Assembly: GCA_963851265.1 (NCBI GenBank)
Contig: CAWKNZ010000009.1
Span: 64,001 to 128,000, forward strand
Source of the DNA: an uncultured Gemmatimonadales bacterium
GTDB lineage: Bacteria > Gemmatimonadota > Gemmatimonadetes > Gemmatimonadales > Gemmatimonadaceae
DNA length: 64,000 nt
Reading direction: 5' to 3'
Part shown: positions 55,490 to 64,000 of the stretch, piece after piece
Layout of the letters: every line of letters begins with the position of its first letter
Numbering within the stretch: position 1 is the stretch's first letter
Notes under the pieces: model-generated
Database searches by the model: none
What the model saw: the letters and a program-made list of their open reading frames with translations, nothing else
What the model was told of the DNA's origin: nothing
Made by a program: the position numbers and the translations under genes

Positions 55490-56103
55490 ACCCCGTCGAA
55501 CGTCGCGCGCAACAGCGCGTCGGTGACGTCGAGCTCACCCGCGTCGCGCATCGCGACGAGCGCGACGATCGGCCCCGTGTAGAGCGCCCAGAACACATCG
55601 CGCGGCAGGTCGCGGAGCACGCCGCGCGCGATCGCGGCCGCGAACGCCGCCAGCCCGTCCGCGGTCGCGCGCCGTTCGCGGTCGCGAGTCGCCGTCGTGA
55701 GAATGCCCGACGCGCGGCATTGATGGATCACGTTCGACGCCTCGGGGTGGTCGAGGTGCCAGCGCGCGAGCCCCGACCACGCGCGCCACAGCGAGGCGCG
55801 CGGGTCGTCGGTGTGTGCCGCGAGCGCCCCCGCGTCCGCCGTCGCGGCCCGGTGCTGGTCGTCGAGCAGTTCGAGGTAGAGCGCGTTGATGAGCGCGTCC
55901 TTGCTCGGGAAATACCGGTACACCGTGCCGGCACCCACGCCCGCCGCGCGCGCGAGGGCGGAGATCGGCGTGTCGTGCAGCCCCGCCCGAGCGATGAGGC
56001 GCCGCGCGGCGTCGAGCAACGCGGCACGCTTGTCGGCGACCGGTCGGACGGGCACGGCCGGTGGCGCGGCGGCGGGCGCAGAACGCGGGACGGAAGCGGG
56101 CAT
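55426..56103 (-). CDS. TetR/AcrR-family regulator
   Basis: LARAAGVGAGTVYRYFPSKDAL helix-turn-helix. Confidence 0.93.
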   Translation of the reverse strand: MPASVPRSAPAAAPPAVPVRPVADKRAALLDAARRLIARAGLHDTPISALARAAGVGAGTVYRYFPSKDALINALYLELLDDQHRAATADAGALAAHTDDPRASLWRAWSGLARWHLDHPEASNVIHQCRASGILTTATRDRERRATADGLAAFAAAIARGVLRDLPRDVFWALYTGPIVALVAMRDAGELDVTDALLRATFDGVCRSVLPAPVARVTADGGQAS

Positions 56104-56135
56104 CGGGCCGGGTCGGCCGCGGCGTTCGGCGCGCC

Positions 56136-56194
56136 TTGACAGTGCGGAACACCGAACCTACCGTGCCGAACGGTGTGGAGTGAACGTTCGCTCC
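56136..56194 (+). promoter_or_regulatory. Sigma70 promoter plus candidate TetR operator
   Basis: TTGACA(56136)-N17-TACCGT; near-palindrome GGAGTGAACGTTCGCTCC at 56177-56194. Confidence 0.7.
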
Positions 56195-56273
56195 GCGCCG
56201 AACGTAGCGCCATGGGCGACGGCCGGCAACCGGCCCGGGCAGCCCCGACCACCCTCGACGAGGAACGACTCTG

Positions 56274-56690
56274 ATGCTGCTGCCCCTGCTGCTCGCGACC
56301 GCGCTCCACGTCACCGTCGCCGATTCCGTGTCCGGCACCTGGCAGGTCACGGGTGACGTCGTGGGCAATCCGGTGAACGAGATCTGCACCCTGAAGCTCG
56401 CCGACGCGAAGATCACGGGCACATGTCGCACCGCAGGGGCTGCCAAGAGCTACGACGTGACCGGCGCGGTGAAGGACGGCAAGATCACCTTCAGCCACGG
56501 CGGCGAGTACGAGGGCCAGCCGCTCACGCTCACCTACACGGGCACGATGGCCTCGGCCAAGTCGCTCACCGGCAGCATCGACGTCCAGCCGTTCGGCGTC
56601 TCCGGCCAGTTCACCGCGGCCCCGGCCGCCACGCCCGCGCCGTCTCCCACAGCGCCCCCCGCCCCCGCCCGGTCGCCCGAGGAGCGGTAG
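56274..56690 (+). CDS. Small secreted beta-rich protein
   Basis: GAGG RBS; signal peptide; SGTW and eight-strand-like pattern with two Cys. Confidence 0.8.
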   Translation: MLLPLLLATALHVTVADSVSGTWQVTGDVVGNPVNEICTLKLADAKITGTCRTAGAAKSYDVTGAVKDGKITFSHGGEYEGQPLTLTYTGTMASAKSLTGSIDVQPFGVSGQFTAAPAATPAPSPTAPPAPARSPEER

Positions 56691-56696
56691 CGCCTC

Positions 56697-58778
56697 GTGC
56701 GCGCCGTCGCGGAGCGAGCGCATCGGGTGCGGTTCTTCGAGAGGGCCGGCGCGCGCGCGTGGCGAATCCTTCGCGCGGCGACCGCGTTGGCCGTGTCCGC
56801 GTCGTCGGCCGAGGCGCAGCACACGGGATCGGCGCTCGGCACGGGGGTGACGACCCGGTCGCCCGACGGGCGGATCGCGCTCACGGTGCGCGTGCGCCCG
56901 GCGCCCGATGGGCGCCAGGTGCCCACGTACGAGATCAGCTTCCGGGGTGTGTCGCTCGTCGGCTCGTCGGCCCTGGGACTCGACCTCGGCCGCGCCGGCG
57001 CGCTGGGCCGCGACGTACAGGTCACCGGGTTCACGCGCGCCGCCCACGACGGGATCGTGCGCGGGCTGCTCGGCAAGGCGAGCACCGCACGGGACCGCTA
57101 CCAGGAGACGGTGATCGCGCTCGCCGAGCGTGCGCCGTCGGGGCGGCGGTTCGAGGTGGTCGTGCGCGCGTACGACGACGCCGTCGCGTTCCGGTACCGC
57201 ATTCCGCGCCAGCCGGGGCTCGCGGACGTCACGGTCACCGGCGAGCGCACGGAGTTCACCCTCGACGCGCGCGATACGGCGTACGTGCTGCCCCGCGCGG
57301 GCTTCGTGTCGTCCTACGAGGGCTTCTACACGGTCACTCCGCTCGGCGCGATCACGCCCGATACGCTGCTCGCCCTCCCCGCCCTGTTCCATCATGCGGG
57401 CGGCGCGTGGTTCGCGCTGACCGAGGCGGATCTCACGGATTTTGCCGGGCTGTATGTCGTCCACTCGGCGCCGTCACCCGGGCGAGCCGGCGTGCTCGCG
57501 AGCCGGCTCTCGCCGCTGCCGGGCGTACCGGGTGAGATGGTCCGCACGGCCGCCCCGGTCGCCGCGCCGTGGCGCGTGCTGCTCGTCGGCGACGCCCCTG
57601 GTCGGCTGATCGAGTCGAACGCGGTCGCGCTCCTCAACCCGCCGTCCGCGATCGCCGACGCGTCGTGGATCCACCCGGGCAAGACCACGTTCCCGTGGTG
57701 GAACGACTACGTCGTGCCGGACACCACGTTCCGGGGCGGGTTGAACACGGCCACGGCCAAGTACTACATCGATTTCTGCGCCGCGCACGGGATCGCGTAC
57801 CACACGCTCGACGGCTTCCAGGACACGGCGTGGTACGGCGGCGGCATCGACCCGGGCGACCACGTTCCCGACGTCACCGCGGCGCTCCCCGCGATCGACC
57901 TGCCGGAGGTGCTCCGCTACGCGCGGTCGCGCGGCGTGCGCATCCGGGTGTGGACGCACTGGAAGGCGCTGCGGCCGCAGCTCGATACCGCGCTCGCGCG
58001 CTACGCGCGCATGGGGATCGAGGGAATCATGGTCGACTTCATGGACCGGGACGACCAGGAGATGGTGCGCTTTTACCACGAGGTCGTGGCGAAGGCGGCC
58101 GCGCGTCACCTCACGGTGGTCCTGCACGGGGCCTACAAGCCGACGGGGATGGGGCGGACCTACCCGAACCTGCTCACGGTCGAGGCGGTGATGGGGCTCG
58201 AGTACGACAAGTTCGACGGCAGCCGGGGCGTCACGCCGTCGCACGAGTTGCTCGTCCCGTTCACGCGCATGCTCGCCGGCCCGCTCGACTTTCACCAGGG
58301 CGGCTTTCGGTACGTGAGCGAGGGCGCCTTCCGTCCGCGCTACACCGGGCCGCGCGTGATCGGCACGCGCGCACGGACGCTCGCGACCTACGTCGTCTAC
58401 GACGACCCGCTCCCGATGATGGCCGACGCGCCCTCCGCGTACGCCGGGCAGCTGGGCCTCGACTTCGTCGCCGCGGTGCCCACCACGTGGGACGAGACGC
58501 GCGTGATCGCCGCGCACGTCGGCGAGGTGCTCACCGTCGCGCGCCGCCGCGGCGCCACGTGGTACGTCGGCACGATGACCGACGGGACCGCGCGCACGGT
58601 CGACGTGCCGCTCGACTTTCTGGGTGGGGGCGCGTACACGGCTGACGTGTATGCCGACGCGCTCGACGCCGTCCCTCAGGCCCGCCGCACCACGCGGCGC
58701 GTCACACGCGCCGACGTCGTGCACGTCGCGCTGGCCCCGGCCGGCGGGCACGCGATGCGGCTCACGCCCGCGCCGTAG
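56697..58778 (+). CDS. GH97 glycoside hydrolase, probably retaining type
   Basis: SPDG, RAYDDAVAFRY, WIHPGK, GIMVDF, RTYPN, PFTRMLAGPLD, PTTWDET. Confidence 0.92.
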   Translation: MRAVAERAHRVRFFERAGARAWRILRAATALAVSASSAEAQHTGSALGTGVTTRSPDGRIALTVRVRPAPDGRQVPTYEISFRGVSLVGSSALGLDLGRAGALGRDVQVTGFTRAAHDGIVRGLLGKASTARDRYQETVIALAERAPSGRRFEVVVRAYDDAVAFRYRIPRQPGLADVTVTGERTEFTLDARDTAYVLPRAGFVSSYEGFYTVTPLGAITPDTLLALPALFHHAGGAWFALTEADLTDFAGLYVVHSAPSPGRAGVLASRLSPLPGVPGEMVRTAAPVAAPWRVLLVGDAPGRLIESNAVALLNPPSAIADASWIHPGKTTFPWWNDYVVPDTTFRGGLNTATAKYYIDFCAAHGIAYHTLDGFQDTAWYGGGIDPGDHVPDVTAALPAIDLPEVLRYARSRGVRIRVWTHWKALRPQLDTALARYARMGIEGIMVDFMDRDDQEMVRFYHEVVAKAAARHLTVVLHGAYKPTGMGRTYPNLLTVEAVMGLEYDKFDGSRGVTPSHELLVPFTRMLAGPLDFHQGGFRYVSEGAFRPRYTGPRVIGTRARTLATYVVYDDPLPMMADAPSAYAGQLGLDFVAAVPTTWDETRVIAAHVGEVLTVARRRGATWYVGTMTDGTARTVDVPLDFLGGGAYTADVYADALDAVPQARRTTRRVTRADVVHVALAPAGGHAMRLTPAP

Positions 58779-58818
58779 GACGGCGCGGTCAAGCGGTGCG
58801 GCGGGCCTGAGGGACGGC

Positions 58819-59011
58819 GTTCGGTTACCGAATCGCCCGGATCAGGGTCGCCCATTCGGTAACCGAACGGGCCAGATCACGCGCGGGGCGGCGAGGGGCC
58901 GAGCGGCCGACACGCGGTCTCCGCGCGTTCGGACGCGCTCCGTTTCAGCTCGCGGCAGGCGAACACGCGGCGTTCGGTAACCGAACGACCCAAGCCGTTC
59001 GGTTACCGAAT
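58819..59011. repeat. Four 15-bp palindromes RTTCGGTWACCGAAY (candidate parS/operator)
   Basis: Copies at 58819-58833, 58854-58868, 58972-58986, 58997-59011. Confidence 0.85.
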
Positions 59012-59171
59012 GGTGACCACCGCCTGCTGCCCAGATCACCCCTGCGATTGCCCCTCGCGTGATTGTCGGCGCGGCGGGCCCGCACTACGTTCGAGTCCCC
59101 GCGGCGTGGTGCGCCCCGTCCGGGGGCCGCGCACGGTGCCGCGCGGCCGTCGTCTCACGCCCTCCCCGGTC

Positions 59172-60014
59172 ATGGCCCTCACAGTCGCGTTCATCGGCGC
59201 CAAGGGCGGCACGCTCAAATCCGCGTGCACCCTCAGCGTCGGCGCCGAGTTCGCCCGGCGCGGGTTTCGCGTCGCGCTCGTCGACTGCGACCCGCAGGCG
59301 ACGACGACCCGCGCCCTCCCCGACGTCGCCGCGGACGGGAGCGAGGCGCCGTTCACCACGGTCGCCGACCCGCTGCACGCGGACCCGGCGGCGGCCACCC
59401 TCGACGCGGTGCGCGCGGCGGGCGGGACGCTGCTCCTCTACCGCAGCGGGGCCTCACTCTGGCGGGCACCGCACGACGCGGTCGTCGCGCACGTGCGCCG
59501 CGCCGCGACGGGGGTCGACGTCGTGCTCGTCGACACGGTGCCCGTGCTCGGCGACATCGCGCTCGCCGTCGCGGCGGCGGCCGACCTGGTCGTCATTCCG
59601 ACCGCGCCAACCGCCGACGACCTCGACGCGGTCGAACACGTGATCGCCGCGGTGCACGAATCGGTCGACCGCGAGAAGCGGATCCGCCTCGTCGTGACCA
59701 AGGCGATCGCGGGACGCCGCAACACGCGCGACGCGCTCGACCTGCTCCGGGACCGCCACCCGGACCTCCTGTACCCGACCGTGATCCCGCACCGCACCAC
59801 CGGCGAGACCGCCAACATGTACCTCCGACCCGCCGTGCTCTACGACGCCGTCGTCGGCGACGGATCGCTGGCCGCGGCCTACGTCGCACTCGCCGATCAC
59901 ATCGCCCACGACCTCGGCCTGCACGCCCCCGCAAGGCCCGCCACGCCGCGCGGCGGCGCCAGGGCCCGGAAGCGGGCCGCGGCCGGCGCACCCACGACGC
60001 GGGGCACGCCGTGA
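59172..60014 (+). CDS. parA: ParA-family partition ATPase
   Basis: KGGTLKS, LVDCDPQ, VLVDT, ADLVVIP. Confidence 0.9.
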   Translation: MALTVAFIGAKGGTLKSACTLSVGAEFARRGFRVALVDCDPQATTTRALPDVAADGSEAPFTTVADPLHADPAAATLDAVRAAGGTLLLYRSGASLWRAPHDAVVAHVRRAATGVDVVLVDTVPVLGDIALAVAAAADLVVIPTAPTADDLDAVEHVIAAVHESVDREKRIRLVVTKAIAGRRNTRDALDLLRDRHPDLLYPTVIPHRTTGETANMYLRPAVLYDAVVGDGSLAAAYVALADHIAHDLGLHAPARPATPRGGARARKRAAAGAPTTRGTP

Positions 60015-61267
60015 GCACGCGCACGCCGCTCAAACGCGGCCTCGCGGGCGGCGTGCGCCGCGAGGTGCGACCCGAAGAACGCGCCGAACTCGCCGCACTC
60101 CGACCCGACCCGCAGACGCAGGCGGTACTCGACGCGCTCCCCCAACCGCCGCGGCCGATGACACGACCGGCATCGCGGCCGGCGTCGACCGCGGCGGAGG
60201 ACGCCGCGCCGGGCCGCGACGAGGCACCGGCCGACGCGGGGCAGGGAACCGGGACCGCCGGCGGCGCCGCGCGCCCCGTCCACCTCGTGCCCACCGAGGC
60301 GGTCGCGCCGTCGCCGCACCAGGCCCGGCGCCACTTCGCCGGGATCGAGGAGCTCGCGGCGTCGATCGCCGCGTCGGGACTGCAGCACCCGATCCTCGTC
60401 CGCCGGAATCGGCCCGCTGCCGCCGGAGGACCCCCGAACGCGGGCGCGGCGCCATACACGCTCGTCTTCGGCGAGCGGCGACACCGCGCGTTCCGGCAGC
60501 TCCAGAGCGACGCCGATCCCGCGGTCGCCGCACGCCACCGCGAGATCCCGGCCTTCGTCCTCGAAGCAGACGATCTCTCGGACGCCCGGCTCGCCGTGCT
60601 CACCGCCGAAGAGAACGCGCAGCGCGCCGGGCTCACCGCGTGGGAGCTCGCGCAGAACGTCGTCCGCCTCAAGGCCGCCCTCGACGTGGGGGCCGAGCGG
60701 CCGGTGCGCTTCGACGTGCTCGCGCGCCACTTCAACCTGCAGGCGGGGTCGACCAACGAGTACTACACGATCGGCACCGCCATTCCCGAGACGATCCTCC
60801 GCGAGGCCGGACTCGTCCACGGCGACGCGGTCGACTGGCCGCGCGTGGCCCTTCTCAAGAAGCAGCGCCTGCTCGCCATCGCCCGGAAGCCCGCCGCCGA
60901 GCGCGTCGCCCTCCTGCGGACGTACGCAGGCCTGAACGTCGCGCCGCGCCGGCGCGGCGCCGGGCCACGCTTCTCGGTCGAGGGGCTCCGCGCCGCGGGC
61001 GGCTTCGCACTCAAGATCGAGAAGCCCGTGTCGAGCGCGTCCTACAGCCGCACGCAGAGCGAGAGCTTCCTCCGCGACCTCGAGCCCGCGCTCGCCCTCC
61101 TGGCCGAGATCGCCGGCGACCACGCACCCGTCTACCGCCCCGACGCGCCCAACCTCCCGGGCGTCTACTTCGTGCTGCGCGACCGCCCCGAGAACCTCAC
61201 CGCCGACGACCGGAAAGCCGCGCTCGACGCGCTCGACGCGCTGCGACGGGAGTTGGTCAGGAAGTAG
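60011..61267 (+). CDS. parB: ParB/RepB/Spo0J-family partition protein
   Basis: PHQARRHF, LAASI, GLQHPI, GERRHRA, EENAQR; GTGA overlap with parA. Confidence 0.9.
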   Translation: MSTRTPLKRGLAGGVRREVRPEERAELAALRPDPQTQAVLDALPQPPRPMTRPASRPASTAAEDAAPGRDEAPADAGQGTGTAGGAARPVHLVPTEAVAPSPHQARRHFAGIEELAASIAASGLQHPILVRRNRPAAAGGPPNAGAAPYTLVFGERRHRAFRQLQSDADPAVAARHREIPAFVLEADDLSDARLAVLTAEENAQRAGLTAWELAQNVVRLKAALDVGAERPVRFDVLARHFNLQAGSTNEYYTIGTAIPETILREAGLVHGDAVDWPRVALLKKQRLLAIARKPAAERVALLRTYAGLNVAPRRRGAGPRFSVEGLRAAGGFALKIEKPVSSASYSRTQSESFLRDLEPALALLAEIAGDHAPVYRPDAPNLPGVYFVLRDRPENLTADDRKAALDALDALRRELVRK

Positions 61268-61305
61268 CCCACGGTACGGCGGCGCGAACGCGCCGCGAGG
61301 GCGGG

Positions 61306-63276
61306 TTACGCCCCCCCGTCCGCCGGCTCGCCATCGTCCGAGCCGCCGAGCATCGGGCGGAGAACGGGCTGATGCCCGTCGCGCGCGCGGCCGATCTGGT
61401 CGATCCGCACACGCGCCGGCAGGTCGCCGGGGCCCGGCTCGGACGCGGCCGACAGTTCGGAGAGCGCCGCCGTGACCGCCGCGCGCACGCGGCGCACCGT
61501 GCTCGGGGCGACGAACAGGTCGGTCCCGAGCACGAGCATGCCGTCGGCGAGCGAGACGGGCACGAGGTGGCCGAGCAGCTGACGCTCGGGCATGCTCGCC
61601 GTCGCCCCCTCGGGCAGCAGGTCGCGGAGCAGCGCCCAGACGGCCACGGCCCGCGCATCGCCGGGCAGCGACGCCGCCAGCTCCGCCGCCGCGGCCGCGC
61701 CCGCGACCTCGGGATCGACGTTGGGTGCGACGACGGTCGGCGGACGGACGGCCGCGTTGCCCGCGGGCGCGCCCACCGCGTCCGACGCGGGCACGAGACG
61801 CGCCGCGGCCCACGTCGCGAACCCGACGTCGCCGGTATTCGGGCGGTTGGCGGCGACGCGGTCGAGCACGAACCCGCGCCAGCTCCGCGTCACCCGCCCG
61901 GGGTCCGTCTCGCGCACGTAGAGCGCGAAGCAGAGCGCGTCGTACGCCGCGTGCGGGCTCGCGGCGAGCAGCGCGCGCGCGCCCGCGTCGTCGAATCCGA
62001 AGTAGTGCAGGAACGCGAGCTGCGCCCGGTCGCTCGTGAGGTCGATGACGCTCGTCCCGCGCAGCAGCGCGGCAAGGGCGAGCGCGGGCCCGGGCTCGAA
62101 GGTGAGCACCCACTCGCCCTTCTTCGGCGAGGTCGCCCCGAGTCCCGCGGCGAGCACCCCAACCCCCACGAGTTCGTCGGCCGCACGCACGAGGTCCCGC
62201 TTGACCTCGTTCGCATACCGGCTCGGCAGCACGCCGCAGGCGGCGCGCAGGGCGCGGAGGTCGAACGCCCACGGCGCCGGGCGCCCGCTCGCCGCCTCAC
62301 CGGCGAGCAGCACGTAGAGCCGCCGCGCGAGCGGCGACGAGAGCGCGCGATACCGGTCGGCCTCGATCCACGCCACCCACCCGGTGACGAGATGCTCGTG
62401 AAAGCGTGCGTTGAGCTTGAGACGCGTGATGCGCAATTCGCCCGTGGCGCTCCGCTCGTAGCTCAGCCGCCACGCGTACTCGAGCAGGTGCGTGACCTCC
62501 TCCTCGATCGCGACCACGCCGTCGCCCGCCGAACGCCCGCGGCCGCTCGCCGCGCGGTCCGGCACGCGCGGACGCGCCCCGGGCTCGCCGCCGACGATCG
62601 CGGCCGCCTCGCCCGACGCGTCGCGGAACACGCGCCCGGTCGACGTGAACTTCAGGTACCCGAAGCGGCGCAGCGCCTGGCGCACGCGCCGGCTCGCGGT
62701 CGCGTTCCGCTCCTTGCGGTCGACGCCCATCGCGGTGAGGATCTCGTTCACCGACACGTCGGCGAGCGCGCCATCCACGAGGCGCGACGGCTTGCCCGCG
62801 AGCACCGCCTGATAATCTTCCGCGTAGAGCGCGAGCACCGCGAGGAATACGTCGAGGTCGCGCCCGCGCGGCATCCCGAGCCGGCTGTGCCCTTCGACGC
62901 GGATGGTCACCGTGCGGCCGAAGCGCTCGATGAGTTCGTACTTCGCCTGCCACGCCTCGACCGGCAGGACGGGCAGCCGTTCGAGGAAGTCGGCGTCCCG
63001 CTCGTCCGTCTCGGCCTCGGGCGGATCGTCGTCCTCGCCCTTCGACCGCCCGGGCAGGGCTGGCGCGCGCAGCGACGCGAGCACGAACGGCACCTGCGCC
63101 AGGTCGAGCGGAGCCGGCACGTTGGGCACGACCGCGCCCCCGGTGCGCTGCAGCAGCGCGACGTCGGGGATGCCGCTCGCGGCCGAATTCGTGGGGGTGG
63201 CGCCCGTCACCGGCGGCCGTGCGACGCGACGCGGCGCGCGTGACCGGGGATGGGGCGAATCGGCGGCCGACGACAT
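61306..63276 (-). CDS. Probable plasmid/chromid replication initiator
   Basis: PRGRDLDVFLAVL and YRALSSPLARRLY resemble winged-helix Rep proteins; lies between parAB and an iteron-like array. Confidence 0.7.
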   Translation of the reverse strand: MSSAADSPHPRSRAPRRVARPPVTGATPTNSAASGIPDVALLQRTGGAVVPNVPAPLDLAQVPFVLASLRAPALPGRSKGEDDDPPEAETDERDADFLERLPVLPVEAWQAKYELIERFGRTVTIRVEGHSRLGMPRGRDLDVFLAVLALYAEDYQAVLAGKPSRLVDGALADVSVNEILTAMGVDRKERNATASRRVRQALRRFGYLKFTSTGRVFRDASGEAAAIVGGEPGARPRVPDRAASGRGRSAGDGVVAIEEEVTHLLEYAWRLSYERSATGELRITRLKLNARFHEHLVTGWVAWIEADRYRALSSPLARRLYVLLAGEAASGRPAPWAFDLRALRAACGVLPSRYANEVKRDLVRAADELVGVGVLAAGLGATSPKKGEWVLTFEPGPALALAALLRGTSVIDLTSDRAQLAFLHYFGFDDAGARALLAASPHAAYDALCFALYVRETDPGRVTRSWRGFVLDRVAANRPNTGDVGFATWAAARLVPASDAVGAPAGNAAVRPPTVVAPNVDPEVAGAAAAAELAASLPGDARAVAVWALLRDLLPEGATASMPERQLLGHLVPVSLADGMLVLGTDLFVAPSTVRRVRAAVTAALSELSAASEPGPGDLPARVRIDQIGRARDGHQPVLRPMLGGSDDGEPADGGA

Positions 63277-63494
63277 GGGCGACGAGCGGAGGGCAGAAAC
63301 GGTGCAGGGCACGCTAGCCGGACGCTCTGCACCAGGCAACGCGCCGGGTTGGAGGGAGTTGTCGTTCTGAAAAAGACAACAGACCTACCTACGCATGGGC
63401 GATCCGCACTCTGCGTCGCGGACCGTAAGTCGTGCGTTGAGGGGCGATTGCGCGCGAGTCGAGCACTCCGACCCCGTCACGGCACCCACGTCCG

Positions 63495-63883
63495 GTCCGT
63501 GTCAGCGCCCGTACCCCGCGCGGTTCACCGACCGGATACACGCTGCGACGCATGAAGTCCGTGTCAGATCCCGTACGCCACCATACCCAGCGCCCGTGGT
63601 GGAGTACCCCGGGCGCGCTGGCGTGCATCCGTCCAATGCAGCCCTAGAACCCCCGATACGGGAACTGACACGGAGTAAACGCCGCCCGACACACGGCTGT
63701 GCTCCCGAGCGCTGGGGCAGTGCCGGTCCACTGGCCAGGCACTGCGGATTGACGAGCCCGGGTACTGTCTCCCATACTCCCGGTATGGGCGTTGACACGG
63801 AGTTCTGCCGCGGCTCGCTCGCGTGACCACGCGTCGCATGGTCCGGGCGACGACGCGCGCTCCATCCGTGCGATGACACGGAG
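63495..63883. repeat. Five 20-bp iteron-like repeats STCCGTGTCA-NNN-CCCRTAY-like (candidate origin)
   Basis: Plus strand: 63495-63514, 63557-63576; minus strand: 63656-63675, 63783-63802, 63864-63883 (weakest). Confidence 0.8.
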
Positions 63884-64000
63884 ATCGCGCGTTCCGAATC
63901 GCGCCGTCGCGTCGAGCCTCTCCGCGGCGAGTGCTTCGGCAGCCCAGGATGCGCCTGCTTCGAGCGGCAGCACGCGCGGCGGCGCGAACGACGTGCGGTG

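Noticed and set aside
58819..63883. Repeats as CRISPR arrays
   Set aside because: Too short, irregularly spaced, mixed orientation, and no cas genes

Overview
Very GC-rich (roughly 75% by eye) bacterial DNA. The gene content resembles Gemmatimonadota (three Hanks-type kinases, orphan histidine kinases, many secreted hydrolases); this is an inference. The right end carries a candidate secondary-replicon maintenance module: four 15-bp palindromes upstream of parA-parB, a convergent replication-initiator-like gene, and five 20-bp iteron-like repeats. The middle (26.7-37.6 kb) is a 10-gene operon coupling a PQQ dehydrogenase with the lanthanide-type D-x-D motif to its own caa3 oxidase, cytochromes c, CtaG and a beta-propeller/MxaJ-XoxJ fusion. 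At 44.5-45.4 kb are two decayed hicAB pairs flanked by attC-like remnants, with no integrase in the window. The octamer GCCTAACG/CGTTAGGC occurs at least 27 times, often inside genes as a rare TTA codon. Other cargo: amide-catabolism operon, lone RND pump, MarR-DoxX-VOC, D-aminoacylase/GntP, frameshifted GH20, nitrilase, TetR, GH97. No rRNA, tRNA, CRISPR array or intact transposase was recognised. All calls are by eye, without database searches.
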